Origin: Rebecca billardiae RCC1528
Lineage: Eukaryota; Protista; Haptophyta
DNA length: 64,000 nucleotides
Assembly: GCA_965240325.2 (NCBI GenBank)
Contig: OZ251223.1
Span: 2,480,001 to 2,544,000, forward strand
Direction of reading: 5' to 3'
The notes under the pieces were generated by a model that saw only the letters and a program-made list of their open reading frames with translations, searched no databases and was not told the DNA's origin. Position 1 is the stretch's first letter. Each line of letters opens with the position of its first letter. Shown piece after piece: positions 11,638 through 24,838 of the stretch. The position numbers and the translations under genes were made by a program.

Positions 11638-12558
11638 CACTGTACCGGCACTGGACGCGACGTCGTCCACGGCAATGACTGACTGTGCGGTGGGCGCACG
11701 ATGGCGGCCGCCTCGACTGCGCACCCTGGAGTGTTTGGTGCAAAGGCGTGGGTGGGAATGGGAAGGCTTTGAGGAGGGCCCTCCGCCCAGAGGAGGCACG
11801 AGAGCATGCATACGCTCGCAGCCTCCGCGCCCGACACTCCGCGTGGCCGCCCCTCCCTGCGACGCACGTGTGTCACCCACCCATTCCAATGCGTGTTGTC
11901 GCCGCCGCCTCCCCGCCCTCGGCGCCCCGCTCGTGGCAGGATGGCGAACCGGGGCGCGTGGCTGACGTGCAGCCAGAGTGAAACGTGATTTCGGCGGCGC
12001 GCGTCGCGCTCGCGGGGCCGGTATTACCCATGTGCGCCTCCCAGCCACCGGCGACCGCGTGCGCGGGGGGACCGTGGCTGCCGCCTGCTTTGAGCCAGTG
12101 GATTGCAGCCGAGGCGCCTCACCGCCGAGCGCAGGCGTGGGTTGAGCGCGGCGGGAGGCGGTGATTGCGATCTGGTGATCGCATGCGTCCACCTGCGCCC
12201 GGTCTGCCGCGGCGCGACCGCCTCGGCATGCACGTGTGCCCTTACTTGGTCGAGGATGTCGGGTAGCAGACAAGCACTGTCAGCCAGCGCGTCCGCCCGC
12301 GCCCACCATCCCTGTAAGATCGGCGATGGCCATGATGCAATGGACGCCTGGTACAGTACATTGCGGCTACAGTGTGCGGGTCGTAGAGATCATCACCCGA
12401 GTCAGGCGAAGTCACTGTTGCTATGACACATCATTCGGCAAGAGCCAGAGGCGAAGAGCACGATCCGTGACGGCGTGTCTGTCTGCGCGTGACGACCGCC
12501 TTGGACGATACTGGTACGACCAGCAGTTGGATCATCAGCCACACTACCTCCAATTGTA

Positions 12559-12728
12559 GGTTCAGACTCATTTTCGGTAATACCTAACTACCCAGTCTGG
12601 GCGGTATTTTCGCGTAAGCTATGTATAGAGGTGTCCGCATCGCTCTCAGACGGGCTCTCGGACCGTCGTGCCGAAAAACTTGGATAAGGGGCGGGTAATT
12701 ACTTAGTGACGAAAATGGAGTCTGAACC
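12559..12728. mobile_element. MITE, about 170 bp, TA target-site duplication (Tc1/mariner-like)
   Basis: TA|GGTTCAGACTCATTTTCG ... CGAAAATGGAGTCTGAACC|TA. The inverted repeats differ by one indel and extend imperfectly to about 35 bp. Confidence 0.75.
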
Positions 12729-13284
12729 TATATCCTATTGGGAGGTGGTACTGGTAGTCGGATATGCCCAGCGCAATAAAATCTAAGCTTCGTCTCGAAC
12801 CAGCATCATCAATCGCCCGCCCAATCGTCGGAGGTGGGATGGGATTGCTGCACTGCATGGCGTGGACCCGTTTCGGGCGCGCGTTTATATTGGATGGATG
12901 ATGATCGCGGGATTCGCGGCCAGCCGCCAAGAGGCAAGACTGGCAAGATATGCATCTCCATACTTCATCTAAGATGAAGTATGCAGCAATACCATGCATC
13001 AGCAATAATCTTATTGCAATAATCTATATATATACCGCCTGATTGTCAGATGGCATTAGATGATGATATCCATACGATATATGACGCTATATTGCTGCCT
13101 GGGGGCCCTCGGGCTGGCATCGGGTTTAGCCGTCGTCAGAGAGTCGTTCAGTGGCGCGCCCGCGGGCGGCGGCCCACGGCGGTTGCCCGGGTCCCGCGCC
13201 GCCCGGGCCGCGGCAGTCCCGAAAGTAGTGACTCAGCAGCATGCAGTCCGGACTTGAGCGACTCGCGGTCGAATGGCGGGCTCC

Positions 13285-16200
13285 CTAAACGCTGTAGGGG
13301 TCGGAGTCGGACTCGTCGGCGCCCGTGGGCTCAGCCGCGGTGCCACCGGTCGCGTCAGGGCTGCCTCGGCCCTGCGGCTTCTTGCTGGCCTTGCCCGAGC
13401 CACCTTCGCCGAGAGCGTGCGAACACGTGCCGCGCTCCGGGGTGATGCGGTCTCCCGCCGGGGCGCCGGCAGGGGCGCCGTCCGTCGTGGACGAGAACGG
13501 GCGGCCGTTGCGCTCGTTGGCGCCCTCCTCCCCTCCGCCCTCGCCCTCCTCCTCGCCCTCCTCCTCCGCCTCGAGATCGTCCCGCACCTTGTCCCAGCGC
13601 TCCATGATGGCGTCGACGGTGCGCTGATCGTCCGTGTACCCGCCCACGGGCGCCATGCCCTTGAGGGACGGGTAGCGGCGGAGCCACTGCAGCGCCATCT
13701 GGTCCATCAGCAGCTGCGCCTTGTCGTCGATCTGCGCCGCGTCGTAGTACTCCTGCTCCGCCAGCGAGAGCAGCACCTCGACGTAGTGCACGCGGCCGCC
13801 GCGCACGGGCACGCGCAGCGCCGAGATCAGGTTGAGCACGGCGCGGCGGCTCGTGCGCACCTCCGGCGGCGCGAGCGGCGGGCGGAGCGCCGAGACGAGG
13901 AGGCCGAGCTGCTCGACGTCGATGAAGTGCGTGCAGCGCGGGTCATACACCGACCACTCGAGCGCGAACCCCTTGATCACGTCCCCGTGGATCTTGAGCA
14001 GCGACTGCTCGCGCACGTCCTCGAAGCTCTCCATCAGCACGGCGACAAAGACCGACAGCACGATGTACGAGACGCACACCATGTACACGCAGAAGAAGGA
14101 GACGGCCCACGCGCCCGACCAGCCGTTGAGCAGGCCGGCGTTGCCGAAGTACCGGTAGTCCCACATCAGGTCGGCCCAGAGCTCGCCCGAGCACATCGCG
14201 AAGAGCGTGAGCGCGCCGTGGCCGAACGTGCCGAAGTTGGCGAGGTCGGTCACCCCGTGGTACGGGCCCTCCCGCGGCGCCGACTGGAGCAGCTCGACGC
14301 CGATGACGGCGAAGGCGAAGATGACGAGCATGAGCAGCGCGGCGACGTTGCCCAGCTGCGGCAGCGAGAAGTAGAGCGTGTTGATGATCTTGCGCAGCGC
14401 CGACAGCCCCTTGGTCAGCCGGAGCACGCGCACGACGCGCACGCTGCGCAGCACGGTGAGCGTGCCGGGCGGGACGGCGTTCAGCAGCCCGGCGCCGGCC
14501 ATCACGAGCTCGATCACGCCGAAGACGACGACGAAGCAGTCGAAGCGGTTCCACGCGATGGCGGTGTACCGCTGCCACCCGATCGCGGTGATCTTGATCG
14601 CCGCCTCCAGCCCGAAGATGAACGTGAAGACCGTGGAGGTGATCTCGAGCACGCGCTCCATGTCCGCGCTCATCCCGCGGTGCCGCGTCATCATCGCGAG
14701 CGTGTTGCCGACGATGAGCACGAGCACGACGACCTCGAAGCGCTCGCCGTGGAAGCGCCCCGGGTCGATGGCGCGGCGCGACGCCTCGTCGTCCAGCTGC
14801 CCCATCTCCGTCGCGCGGATCGAGCGCCAGCTCGCCCACGACGACTTGTGCACGAGCCGGAAGCACCACGCGCGCACCGGGTGTGTCGGGATGTCGTACA
14901 GCCGCTTCGGCCGGAGCTTGAGCATCTTGCGCTGCGTGTGGACCCACGCGCGCTGCTCGGTGGAGAGCAGGATCGAGCCGTCGTGCATCCCGCGGAACCG
15001 CGCGAAGTGCTGCAGGATCACGCCCACGAACAGGTTGGCCAGCACGTACGAGCAGAGGAACACGGCCGCGACAAAGAAGAGCGCCGGCCAGTAGAAGTCG
15101 GCCTGCGTCGCGTTGAGCGCGGGCTGCATGTCGATGCCCGTCATGTCGATGGCGTTGTGCATGATCGAGGGCCACTGCTCGAGCGTCGAGATCTGGAAGA
15201 GCGCGAGCACCGCCTCGCCGATCGAGTCGAAGTTGGGGTACGGCAGGAACCAGCGCACGTCAAAGCCGCGCACGCCCGCGCGCGCGAGCGCCGCGCCGAG
15301 CGCCTCCATCTCCTCGCACGCGGCGCGGTCGGTGCCGTGCGCGCCGCGCCCGGCGGCGACGCCGGCGTGCGAGGCGCCGAGCCGCGCGCCGAACGCCGCG
15401 CGCGTGCGCTCGAGCCTCGCGTGCAGGTCGCCGACGAGCAGCTCGCCCGACGCGTCCACGCACCGGCCGAACCGGCCGCCAAACAGCGCGACGCCGATCA
15501 CGCCGAAAATGAGCGACATCACGGCGAGGAGGAAGAAGAGGACGAGCACGTGCGGCACGGAGTAGACGACGGCGGAGGCGAGCACGCGCACGCCCGAGAG
15601 GCGCGGCACGAGGCGGAACGCGCGCAGCGCGAGGAACGGCCGCACCGCGCGCAGCGCGCCGCCGAGCACGAGCGCGTGCGCCGGGTGCAGCGAGATCAGC
15701 CCGATCAGCGTCATTGCCACGTCAAACCAGTGCCAGCGGTCGGCAAAGTAGATCTGCGCGCCGTGCGCGACGAGGTTCATCAGGATCTCGGCGACGAAGG
15801 CGACGAGGAAGACCACGTTCACCCACAGCAGGATGCGCAGCTCCTGCGCGCCCTCGAAGTCCGCGCCCGGCTGCAGGAAGCCGTCGGCCGCCGTGCCCGC
15901 GGGCGTGCGCGCCTGGAAGTGCTGCTCGATCGGCAGCACCACCGACGAGCCGACCACGACCAGGATCATGCTCAGGTCGTAGAACGGGTTCTGCAGGAAG
16001 GTGTGCAGCCAGACGCGCACGGGCGCGTGCTCCGTGAGGCAGCACAGCGCGTCGCCCTCGAGCGGCGGCGGCGGCCCCGAGCGCAGCGTCCACGCGAGGT
16101 TGGTAAGCACGTGCCCGAGCGACGACGTGACGCGCATCGCAGAGTCGGTGAGCGCGCCGGTCGCGGACGCGCTGCGCTCGCCCTGCTCGATCGCGCGCTT

Positions 16201-17412
16201 GCGCGCCGCCTCGGCCTCGGCCTGCCGCTTGAGCGCCATGAAGCGCAGGAACCGCGGCATGTCGAGCTCGCCGCCCTCGCCCGCGCACTCGACGAAGAGC
16301 GCGTGCAGCTCGTCGACGCTGAGCAGCTCCTCCTCGGACATCTCATGCAGCATGGCGTGCACCTCGTGCTCGTCCACAAACCCGTTGCCGTTCGCGTCGT
16401 ACCGGCGGAACTGGCCCGCGGCGGCCTGCTGCTCGAACGAGTTGAGCCAGACCACCTTGCGCCCGCCGCCGCCGCCGCCGCCGCCGCTCGGGCTCGCCTC
16501 GCGCGCGCCCGAGCTCGCGGCGGGCGGCGCCTTGCGGCCCGCGCGCACGGGCGAGTTTACGAGTGGCGGAGTGAACGCACCCCACGAGTGCGCGTGCATG
16601 CGCTCGCGGTCGACGAGCAGCGAGTTGCGGTGCGGCTCGCGCTCGGCCACCGCGGGCATGCCGTCGGCGGACGTCGCCGAGCCGCGCCGCGCGCGCACGT
16701 GCGCGCCCAACCTCAGCGCCTCCGCGCGGGCCGCGGGCGAGGGCGTGCTGTGTCTCCGCTCCAGCGCGCGCCCCGCGCCGCGCCGCGGCGGGACGCCCGC
16801 GCCCGCGCACGCGCCGGTGCTCGGGCTCCTCGGCGGGGCCGGCGCGCGCAGGGGCGGCAGGGCGTCGGCCGCGCCCTTCTCCGCGCCGGCCGACAAGCGC
16901 CCCGCGTGCCTCACCCTCGCGCCGTTCGGCTTGTTCGAGCCGCGGCGCGCGCTGTTGAGCGGCGTCGGCCGTCCGCTCGAGCGGCTGCCCGCGCTGCGCG
17001 GGGAGACGATCGCACTCAGCCCGTCCTCGCCCTCGATGCGCATGCCGTCGTCCTGCGAGGGCGCGGTGACGACGGGCGGCATGCGCGGCAGCCGGCGCGG
17101 CTTGATGCCCTCCACGTGCATCAGCGGCTGCGGCTGCAGCCCCTGCAGCCCCTGCAGCAGACCCGCCATTGTGCGCGAGTCTGCGCGCGAGAGCTGACGA
17201 GGCAGTGCCGGCCGCTGCTGCTCGCCCCGCTCGGGGAAGGAGGAGGAGGTGGGCACGGTGGGGAGCGGGATGGACTGCCGCCTGCTCGGCGAGCTGGAGC
17301 GCGCCGGCGAGGCCGCCGAGCCGCCCGTCGACGGCCGCCCCCCCCGCATCGGCGAGGGCATGGGCAGCGACGCTCGGCGGTTGACGGCGCTCCTCGAGCT
17401 CTCAGCGCGGCT

Positions 17413-17470
<58 letters not shown>

Positions 17471-20400
17471 AAGTAGCCGGCCACCGAGTCGAAGAAGGCG
17501 ATCGGCGTGCTCAGCCGCGACGAGCGCGTCGTCGAATCGCCCGGGCTCCTCGCGCCGCTCCGCAGGTGCTCCGAGCCCGGCGGGTCGGACGCGCGGCGCG
17601 CGAGCAGCTCGCGCTTGGGCGACGGGTGGGCGGCCGCCTCCGACTTGCGAGCGTGGCGCGACGAGAGGCGCGGCGAGCGGTTGGAGAGGGACGCCGCGTT
17701 CGAGTTGCGCGCGCTGCGCGTCGGGTTGGACGCTGTCGACATCCGCCGCGCCTCGGCGCGCGCCGCGCGCTCGCCCCACGAGTCCACGTCGAACGTGTGC
17801 GGCGAGTGGTGGCCGCTGTGTCGCGCCGAGCGCGTGCCGGCGGCGCCGTCGAGCTGCGTCGCGAGGGCGGCGGCCGAGACGGCGCCGGGCGGCGGGGGCA
17901 GCTCGGACGGCGTGGTGACGAAGAGCTCGCGCCCGCCGTTCAGCTCGCGCCGCGCGCTCACGCTCTCCACCAAGCTGTCGCCCCGCGACTTCCCCGCGTC
18001 CGCGCCCGAGCCCGAGCTGGCGACGGTGGGCGCGCACGCGCTCGGTGTGCGGGACGCGCGCGGCTCGGCCGCGCCGGCGCTCGGCCGTCGCAGCGAGCCG
18101 ATCTGCACGGGCGAGAGGTCGAGCGGCGGGCGCTCGTCGGATGCGGCGAGCTTGGCCAGCTCGTCGGCGCTCGACGAGTGCTTGACCGACGCCTCTGCCC
18201 GCGCCTCGCCCTCGAGGATCTGCGCGGAGCCGCGGCGCGACGCTGCGACGATCGCCTCGTGCGCGGCGTCTGACGGCCGCGAGGCGCGGCGCGCGGCCGG
18301 CCGGCCGAGCATCGAGTCGGAGTTGCGCTTCGGCCGGGCGGAGGCGCGCCTGAAGGAGCCGGAGGACATGGTCGACATGCGCGCGGCGAGGAGCGCCGCG
18401 CGCAGCGTCGAGAGCCGCTGCTTCGCCGAGTCGACGGTGGTCTGGAAGCGGTAGACGCGCATCGCCGTGTTGAGCGCCGCCTGCATGTGGTCCTCCTGGT
18501 CGTCAAAGTTGGCGAGCAGGATGCCGAGGAAGAGGTTGATGGCGAAGAAGTTGCCGATGACGATCATGAAGAAGAAGAACGGGATCGCGATCGGGCCCAC
18601 CGCCGAGTACGTGTCGTACAGCACGTCGTTCCAGTTCTCCGTCGAGATCACCTGGAAGCACGTGACGAACGCCCAGATGAAGTCGTCAAAGTGGTGCCGC
18701 GGCTTCTCGGGGAACGCGGCCTCGTCGTCGAAGATGCCGCCGAACTGCTGCAGCGCGAGGATGGCGAAGATGCAGATGAAGATGAAGACGACGAGGAGCA
18801 GGTACGCGCACGCGCGCAGCGAGTTCATCGTCGTGCCGATCAGCGAGCCCACCGTCGGCGACACGTCGGACGCGAGCTTGAAGATGCGCAGCAGCCGGAG
18901 CGAGCGCAGCGCCGTCACAACCTGCACAAAGATCACGCCGTCCTGCCGGCCGAAGACGCGGAGCTGCAGCATCACGTCGGCGAGCGAGACGACGACGATC
19001 GCAAGGTCCAGCCGGTTCAGCGGGCTCGACATGTAGATCTTCGGGCCGAACCCGAGCACCTTGAGCAGCATCTCGAGGACGAAGCAGACGGTGAGCCCCT
19101 GGTTGAGCGCGACCAGCCGGCCCTTGTCGGCCGCGGGCAGGTACGGGTTGTCGATCATGAGGATGATGGCGTTGGTCACGATGAGGAGCATCACGGCGAT
19201 GCGGAACGGGTACGACGTCACCGTGCGCAGCAGCTGCTTCCGCGTGCGCCGGATGCGCTCCTCCAGCGCCATCGAGCCCGGCGCGAGCTCGCGCTCGGTC
19301 GGGTCCATCGTGAGAGCAGCCCAGAGCGTGCCCGCGCGCGCCAGCAGCGGCGTCGCGCGGTACGAGGTGATCTGCTTGAGCGAGGGCATCGCCTCCTCGC
19401 CGGCGGACGAGCCGCGCGAGCCGCGGCTGAGGTTCGAGTCGCGCGCGTTCTCGAGCGTGTTCCGCCACTGCTTCGAGATCCGCCGGCCGAGGGGCCCCCC
19501 GGCGCCGCGCGTGGAGCTGTTCTTGAGCTGCTGCCGCGTCACGCGCGAGGCGCGCTTCGCCTCGAGCTTCGCCTCGCGCTCGCGGCGCTGCTTCGCCTCG
19601 GCCTCGTCGATCACCGAGGTGTACGCCTCGGAGAGCACCGCCACGAGCAGGTTGACGCAGAACCACGTGGCGAACACCGTCAGCGCGATGAAGAAGATGC
19701 ACGCGACGCTCGAGTACGCGTCCATCAGGATGAACATGATGTCCGCCCAGCCCTCGCCCGACACGCACTGGAAGATGGTGACGAAGGCGAAGCCGATGTT
19801 GTCGAAGGAGGTGAGGTTCGAGTTGGGGTTGTCGATCACGTCGGTGCACGTCGCGCCCGGCCCGCACTCCAGCCCCTGCCCCTCGAGCACCGAGCATCGC
19901 CTGCCGTCGCGCACGACCGCGCCGCTCGCGTCGTCGAGGCACTGGTAGTGCAGCCTGTCGCGGAACAGGATCAGCCCGACGAGGCCAAAGACGAGGAAGA
20001 CCATGCCGAGGAGGAGCATGACGTTGCCCAGGTCGAGCACGGCGATGAAGAGGCACTGGATGATCCGCTGCAGCTGCGGCAGCGCGCGCATCGTGCGCAG
20101 CGCGCGCAGGATCCGGAACGATCGCAACACGGAGAAGTTGCCCGCCGAGGTCACGTTGAAGAGCGAGAAGACAAACTCGGTCCAGCCGAGGACGACGACG
20201 ACGGTGTCGAGCCAGCTCCACGGCGAGCGGAAGTACCGCGTCCCGTACGCCACGAGCCTGATGCACAGCTCCAGCGAGAACGCGATCGTGAAGTACAGCT
20301 CGACCTGCGCCGACACGCTCACAATGTCTGGCCGAGACTCGGCGTACCACGCGTGCGGCGCCTCGAGCATGAGCAGCACCGTGTTCGTCACGATGGCGAG

Positions 20401-20655
20401 GGTGACGAGCTGCGTGAAGTACGGCGACTCCGACACGCGCCAGGCCATCGCGCGCACCGGATTCTCCGGCGGCTGGCCTGGGCTCTCCTCCTCCTTGAGG
20501 AACATGTTGCGCACGTGCTGCGCATACCTGCTGCCGCCGAGGCTCTCAGAGCCCTTTGGCTTCGAGCCCCTGAGGCCGTCAAAAAGGCGGAAGCCTCTGC
20601 GATTTGATTCCGCGCCCTGGCGGGCCGCCACCCCACGTATTGTGTTGCGGGGCAT
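13285..20655 (-). CDS. Four-domain voltage-gated Ca2+ channel alpha subunit (EEEE filter) with EF-hand pair in the II-III loop
   Basis: Four S1-S6 repeats with S4 arginine arrays (LRSFRILRALRTMR, LRSLRLLRIFK, LRAVRPFLALRAFR, LRSVRVVRVLR). Pore loops SGEGW, STENW, TLEQW, SGELW. III-IV linker LSTEQRAWV. Start codon uncertain (20655 or 20757). Confidence 0.93.
17413..17469. repeat. (CCG)n trinucleotide tract encoding poly-Gly in the channel II-III loop
   Basis: About 19 perfect units. Confidence 0.95.
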
Positions 20656-21870
20656 GGCCGCCCCGCCCCGGCTCGCGGGCAGACGACCTTGGGCGCCCCC
20701 ACCGCCTTGCGGGTATGCTGCTCTCAGTGCTCGCGCGAGCGAGGAGACGGCCGTCATATATGGCTTTTCGAGCGACTTGCTATTGGCAGGGTCCCAAATC
20801 CCAAAGTGCTGAATAGGGAAAGCGAGCCTCGGTCGAAGGGGCAATTGGCCAGGGGGTAAAGGGTGTGATAAGTACGTTATCGCCGTTGCTGGGCAGGCGC
20901 GGGTCACCAAAAAGGACTCCGTCCTGGTCCTGGTTTGCTCCCGGACTTGATTTGATGATGATGGCGCCCGCTCCGCGACCGCACAGCATGAAATGCTGTG
21001 CGGTCGCGACTGCGGTTTGAACAGCTGTCCTGTAGCGCGATTCACCTGCGCTGCGCAGCTGGCCCGGGCGATTGGATGGAGCGGATCCACCACCCGAAGG
21101 GGAGGCCAGTCTCGGTCCGCATGGGCAGCAGCAGCAGGGTCTGGCGCAGGTGCAGCAGTAGATGGCACGCAATCTTCCTTGGGCTCCTGGAGATACTTGA
21201 CGGCGCGCCACGTAGAGAAGCGACTGGTCGAAGGGGAATGCAGTCTTCGGCCCTGCTCGTCGTGCCGTGGCCCACGCTTCCCGCGCGGAGGCCTGTTCTT
21301 CCGCTTCTGAGGCTGCTGCTGCCGACGTGTGTAGCCCACGGCACCTCAGCGGACAACGTACCAGCCAACAAGCTGATCGGTTTCATGCCAACGCAGCGCC
21401 CAGCCCTGGCCCAGCCAGCACGTCTGCGAGTGCCGACTGGCACGACAGCGGGGACCGCGGCCGGACGGCCCGACTGCTCTGCATCCAGTAAGTACGCCGC
21501 CACGGGAAGCCAGGGCCGCCGGCGGGGCCGGGCGTCGTCATCATTGGCACTGGTGCGGTGCCACTGCCGCAGTGGCATCGAGCGGTTGCGACCCTGCCAG
21601 GCGGCCACCTGTGACCCTGTCAGGCAGGCCGGGCTGACGTGATGGCGACTGACGCCGATTCCGGAATGCAGCCGTCATAGTGCGTGCAGTCCGAACGTTG
21701 AACACGGCAGGGAATCCAGCCCGAGCAGTGACAGCAGACTTCAGAGACTGACCGCCATATATCGCAGTCCGCGGCCGCCTGCTGGTCAGTGGCGGTGCCA
21801 GTTCAGAGCCTCACAGTACTCACACGCCACGATTCGTCACGGACCGTGCGACGGAGGGTCCGCCTGAGGG

Positions 21871-21957
21871 TGCACCGCCACCGCGGGCCCCGAACTACGT
21901 AGTACGTTCGTTCCGTACGGAAAAGGACCGCGGAACGCGGTCATAATATATATATAT
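21871..21957 (+). repeat. Dispersed about 80-bp repeat with GACCGCG-GAA-CGCGGTC hairpin, copy 1
   Basis: Shares TGCACsGCCACCGCGGGCCCCsAACTrCGT ... GAAAAGGACCGCGGAACGCGGTCATrATATATA with 51209-51285. Confidence 0.8.
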
Positions 21958-22222
21958 CAACATCGTGGATTGATCGCAACCGTGAGACACCACGACCCGC
22001 GTGGTGAGTTACGAGTGATCCGGCATCAGTGATGTCCGCCGTAACTTACTCGGTAACGCGATGGCACTGAAAGCCAAACTCCCAAAGGACGACGGCGCGT
22101 GAAAGATGCAAATGATGAGTGTATGCGGCATGCGCCCCGCAGCAGTGAGCCACTGAGCTTTGAGCGCACCACAGAGCGGACCACAACCACCATTGAGCTC
22201 TGCGGGCGCCGCGCAACAGATG

Positions 22223-22804
22223 CTAGTTGTCCAGTCCATGCCGTGTCGGTGCGAGCCACTCTGCGCCCGCTGATACGCGGGAGGCCAAGGGCTTGACGGG
22301 GAGGTCGAAGAGGTTGGCGATGTCAGCGCTCAGATTCGCTCGTCGGAGGTGGTCCAGGGCGAGCGACTCCCGGGCGGTATCCCAATCGTCCTCATCTGCA
22401 TCGCCCCTCCCGGGGAGCCGACTCGCGTCCACATGTGCGCCCGTCCACAGGGTTGGCAGGCTGCTCAGCTCGCTGCTGCTGCGTTCGCGGCGCGCATGCT
22501 CGGAGTGCAAAGTACTCGGCGCAGCCAGAGCTGAGAATGAACCGCTCCCTTGCCGCGCATCCACTTGAGCGACTGTCCCCACACTGCTACCATTGCTGGT
22601 GTGGTCGTTGTCTGCGGCGACAAGCCCAGATGCACTCGGCGGCACCCAGTCCGTGTGCAGCGGAGCAGACGCAGCAACGGAGTCGGGGGCGCTGAAAAGC
22701 GCCAGCAGGTCGGCCCCAATGCCCGCGCCCTCGCCGAATATGGCGAGGGCGTCGTCGTCACCGCCGTCATCGGCGTCGTCGTGTTGGTCGAGTTGGCGGG
22801 CCAT
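22223..22804 (-). CDS. Hypothetical acidic protein
   Basis: ATG-initiated ORF MARQLDQHDDADDGGDDDAL... with coding-like composition; no recognised domain; 3' end uncertain. Confidence 0.35.
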   Translation of the reverse strand: MARQLDQHDDADDGGDDDALAIFGEGAGIGADLLALFSAPDSVAASAPLHTDWVPPSASGLVAADNDHTSNGSSVGTVAQVDARQGSGSFSALAAPSTLHSEHARRERSSSELSSLPTLWTGAHVDASRLPGRGDADEDDWDTARESLALDHLRRANLSADIANLFDLPVKPLASRVSAGAEWLAPTRHGLDN

Positions 22805-23146
22805 GACTCTCGTATTGTACCGCAATGTACGCCCATCAGCCCCCAGCGGCCGCTCGCTGCTGACCAGCGCCGGCCCTCGCAAAAGCCACATGGAAGTGCA
22901 TTTCGGCCTTTCGAGAAGGCCTTGTTTCGAGGGCGTGATCAAAAGATTCCCTCCCCAGCCCGGATAATCTCACGGTATATCTCCCCGTATCCATAGGTGC
23001 TCAAACTATATTATTTCGGCTTCTTGGATCGATCAAATACGCCTTAACCAAGTGTGCACGTTAAAACATAGTAAACTGTAGGATCGATCAAGATTTGAGA
23101 TATTCAGCGCTACTACTAATGGTACTGCTGCTATTACTCGACTCGC

Positions 23147-23930
23147 CTAGCGCGGCCCTGCCGGCCGCAGTGCCGGGGCGCCAGCGCCCCTGGGATGGGC
23201 TGCAGCCGGTTGCCCATGCCGCACAGGCATGGCCGCCCCGGACAGACTGACCGCCGCGCCGTCGAGCGGTTGGGAGGCGCCCGCGCCCTGAGCGCTGCGC
23301 GTGCCACGCGCTCCGCCGGACGGGCGCGTCGCAAATGATGCGCCGGCGTTGCCCGAGTTGGCTGCGACGCCGGCAGGCGCGTCGAGTCCCGGCGCCGGCA
23401 TCATCGCGGCTGGCCCGGTCGGTCCCAGGGTCCTGGGAGCGTTCGCCTGCCGCGCGCCCGCTCCGCCGCGCCCTCCCGCTGCGCCTCTCCGGCGGCCGTG
23501 CGCGGGCGCAGTCCGCACCGCCGACGGCGCAAAGCCGCCGCCGTGGAACGGAGGCAGCGAGGGGATGGCGGGCGCCGAGCCGGTGCGCTCCCGCGCGCGC
23601 ACGCCCGCAGCAGGCTGGGGCGGCAGCAGCGGCGGCAGGCTGGCGAAGCCCGCACGGCCGGCCGCCCACAGAGGCGCTGGCCCGGCGGAGGCGCGGGGCC
23701 CCGAGCCGGCCTCAGCCGCAAGCGGCGCAGCCCCGCCCGGCCCTGCGAGCGCGGCCGCGTGGCCCCCGGACGAGCGCCGACGGAGCTTGCTCCCGGAGAG
23801 GGCCCCGCTGCTGGCAGCGGAGGGCGGCGCCGCTGCCAACAGAGCCCCGCCCACGCGCGGGTCGCCGTCGCGTGGCAGCGCCGCCGCCACCCCCGCCTCC
23901 GCCTCCGAGGCCCGCCTCAGCGCCACCTTC

Positions 23931-23972
<42 letters not shown>

Positions 23973-24803
23973 TGCTGCGCCGTCGCGTCGCCGCGCGAGC
24001 CGCCGGCCACCCCCACTCCAGCGGCGCCCGCCTGCCGCACGGCTCGGCGGGAGGAGGGCTCGGCGCGCGCACAGCGCGCATCTGCGTCCGCGGCGCGCGC
24101 GCTCGACACGTCGCCGTCAGCGCCGGCCGTCGCCCCTGCCGTCGCGGGCGATGGCGAGGGCTGTCCGCCACCGCTGCTCCCGCGCCCGCGCGCCCAGCCG
24201 TCCTCGGCGCCGGCGCTGACGCAGCCATCGGGAGTCGAGCCCTCAGGCGCGTCGCGCGTGGGCTGGAGCGCCGCCGCTGCCGCTGTCGCGCTCGCCCCAT
24301 CGGGCACCGCTGGTGGCCCGCCACCGTGCGCGGCAGCGGCACCAACCGGCAGCGCCGGCCGGGCTGCGCCTCCACGGCGACCGCTCGTGCCGCCAGCGGC
24401 GCCGGGGCTCGCGCCGTCCGCGGCCGGCGGCGGCGGCGCGTCGCGCGCGGCCGGCGCGTCGGGGAGGATCTCCTCGTCGCCGTCGTGCTCGGCGCGCGGA
24501 TGCGCGCCCGCGGAGGCGTCTGCGATGAGCTCTGCGCCCATCGCGAGCACAGGCTCAAGCTCGGCGACCAGCCTCGGCCACAGCGCCGCCACGGCCGCCT
24601 CGAGCTCCTGCTCGGCCCGACTGGCCGATGGCGAGCATGGAGGCAAGCCCCAGCGGGCCAGGTGCTCCGCCTCGCGCGCGGCGTGGGTGAGCTCGGGGCG
24701 CTGCCGCTCTCGCGCGAGGTCGAGGTCAGTGGGCACGTCCACGGCGATCACTTCCTCGCACTCGCCGTCCTGGGCGAAGATCTCGTCCTCCTCGCCCGCC
24801 ACG

Positions 24804-24838
<35 letters not shown>

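Noticed and set aside
13273-20607. Very long + strand ORFs (1666 aa, 706 aa) opposite the Ca channel
   Set aside because: Antisense shadow frames caused by extreme GC3 codon bias; Arg/Ala-rich with no domains.
20760-21339. N-terminal extension of the channel ORF to 21339
   Set aside because: Begins at a non-ATG codon and has non-coding-like composition; probably 5' UTR or promoter.
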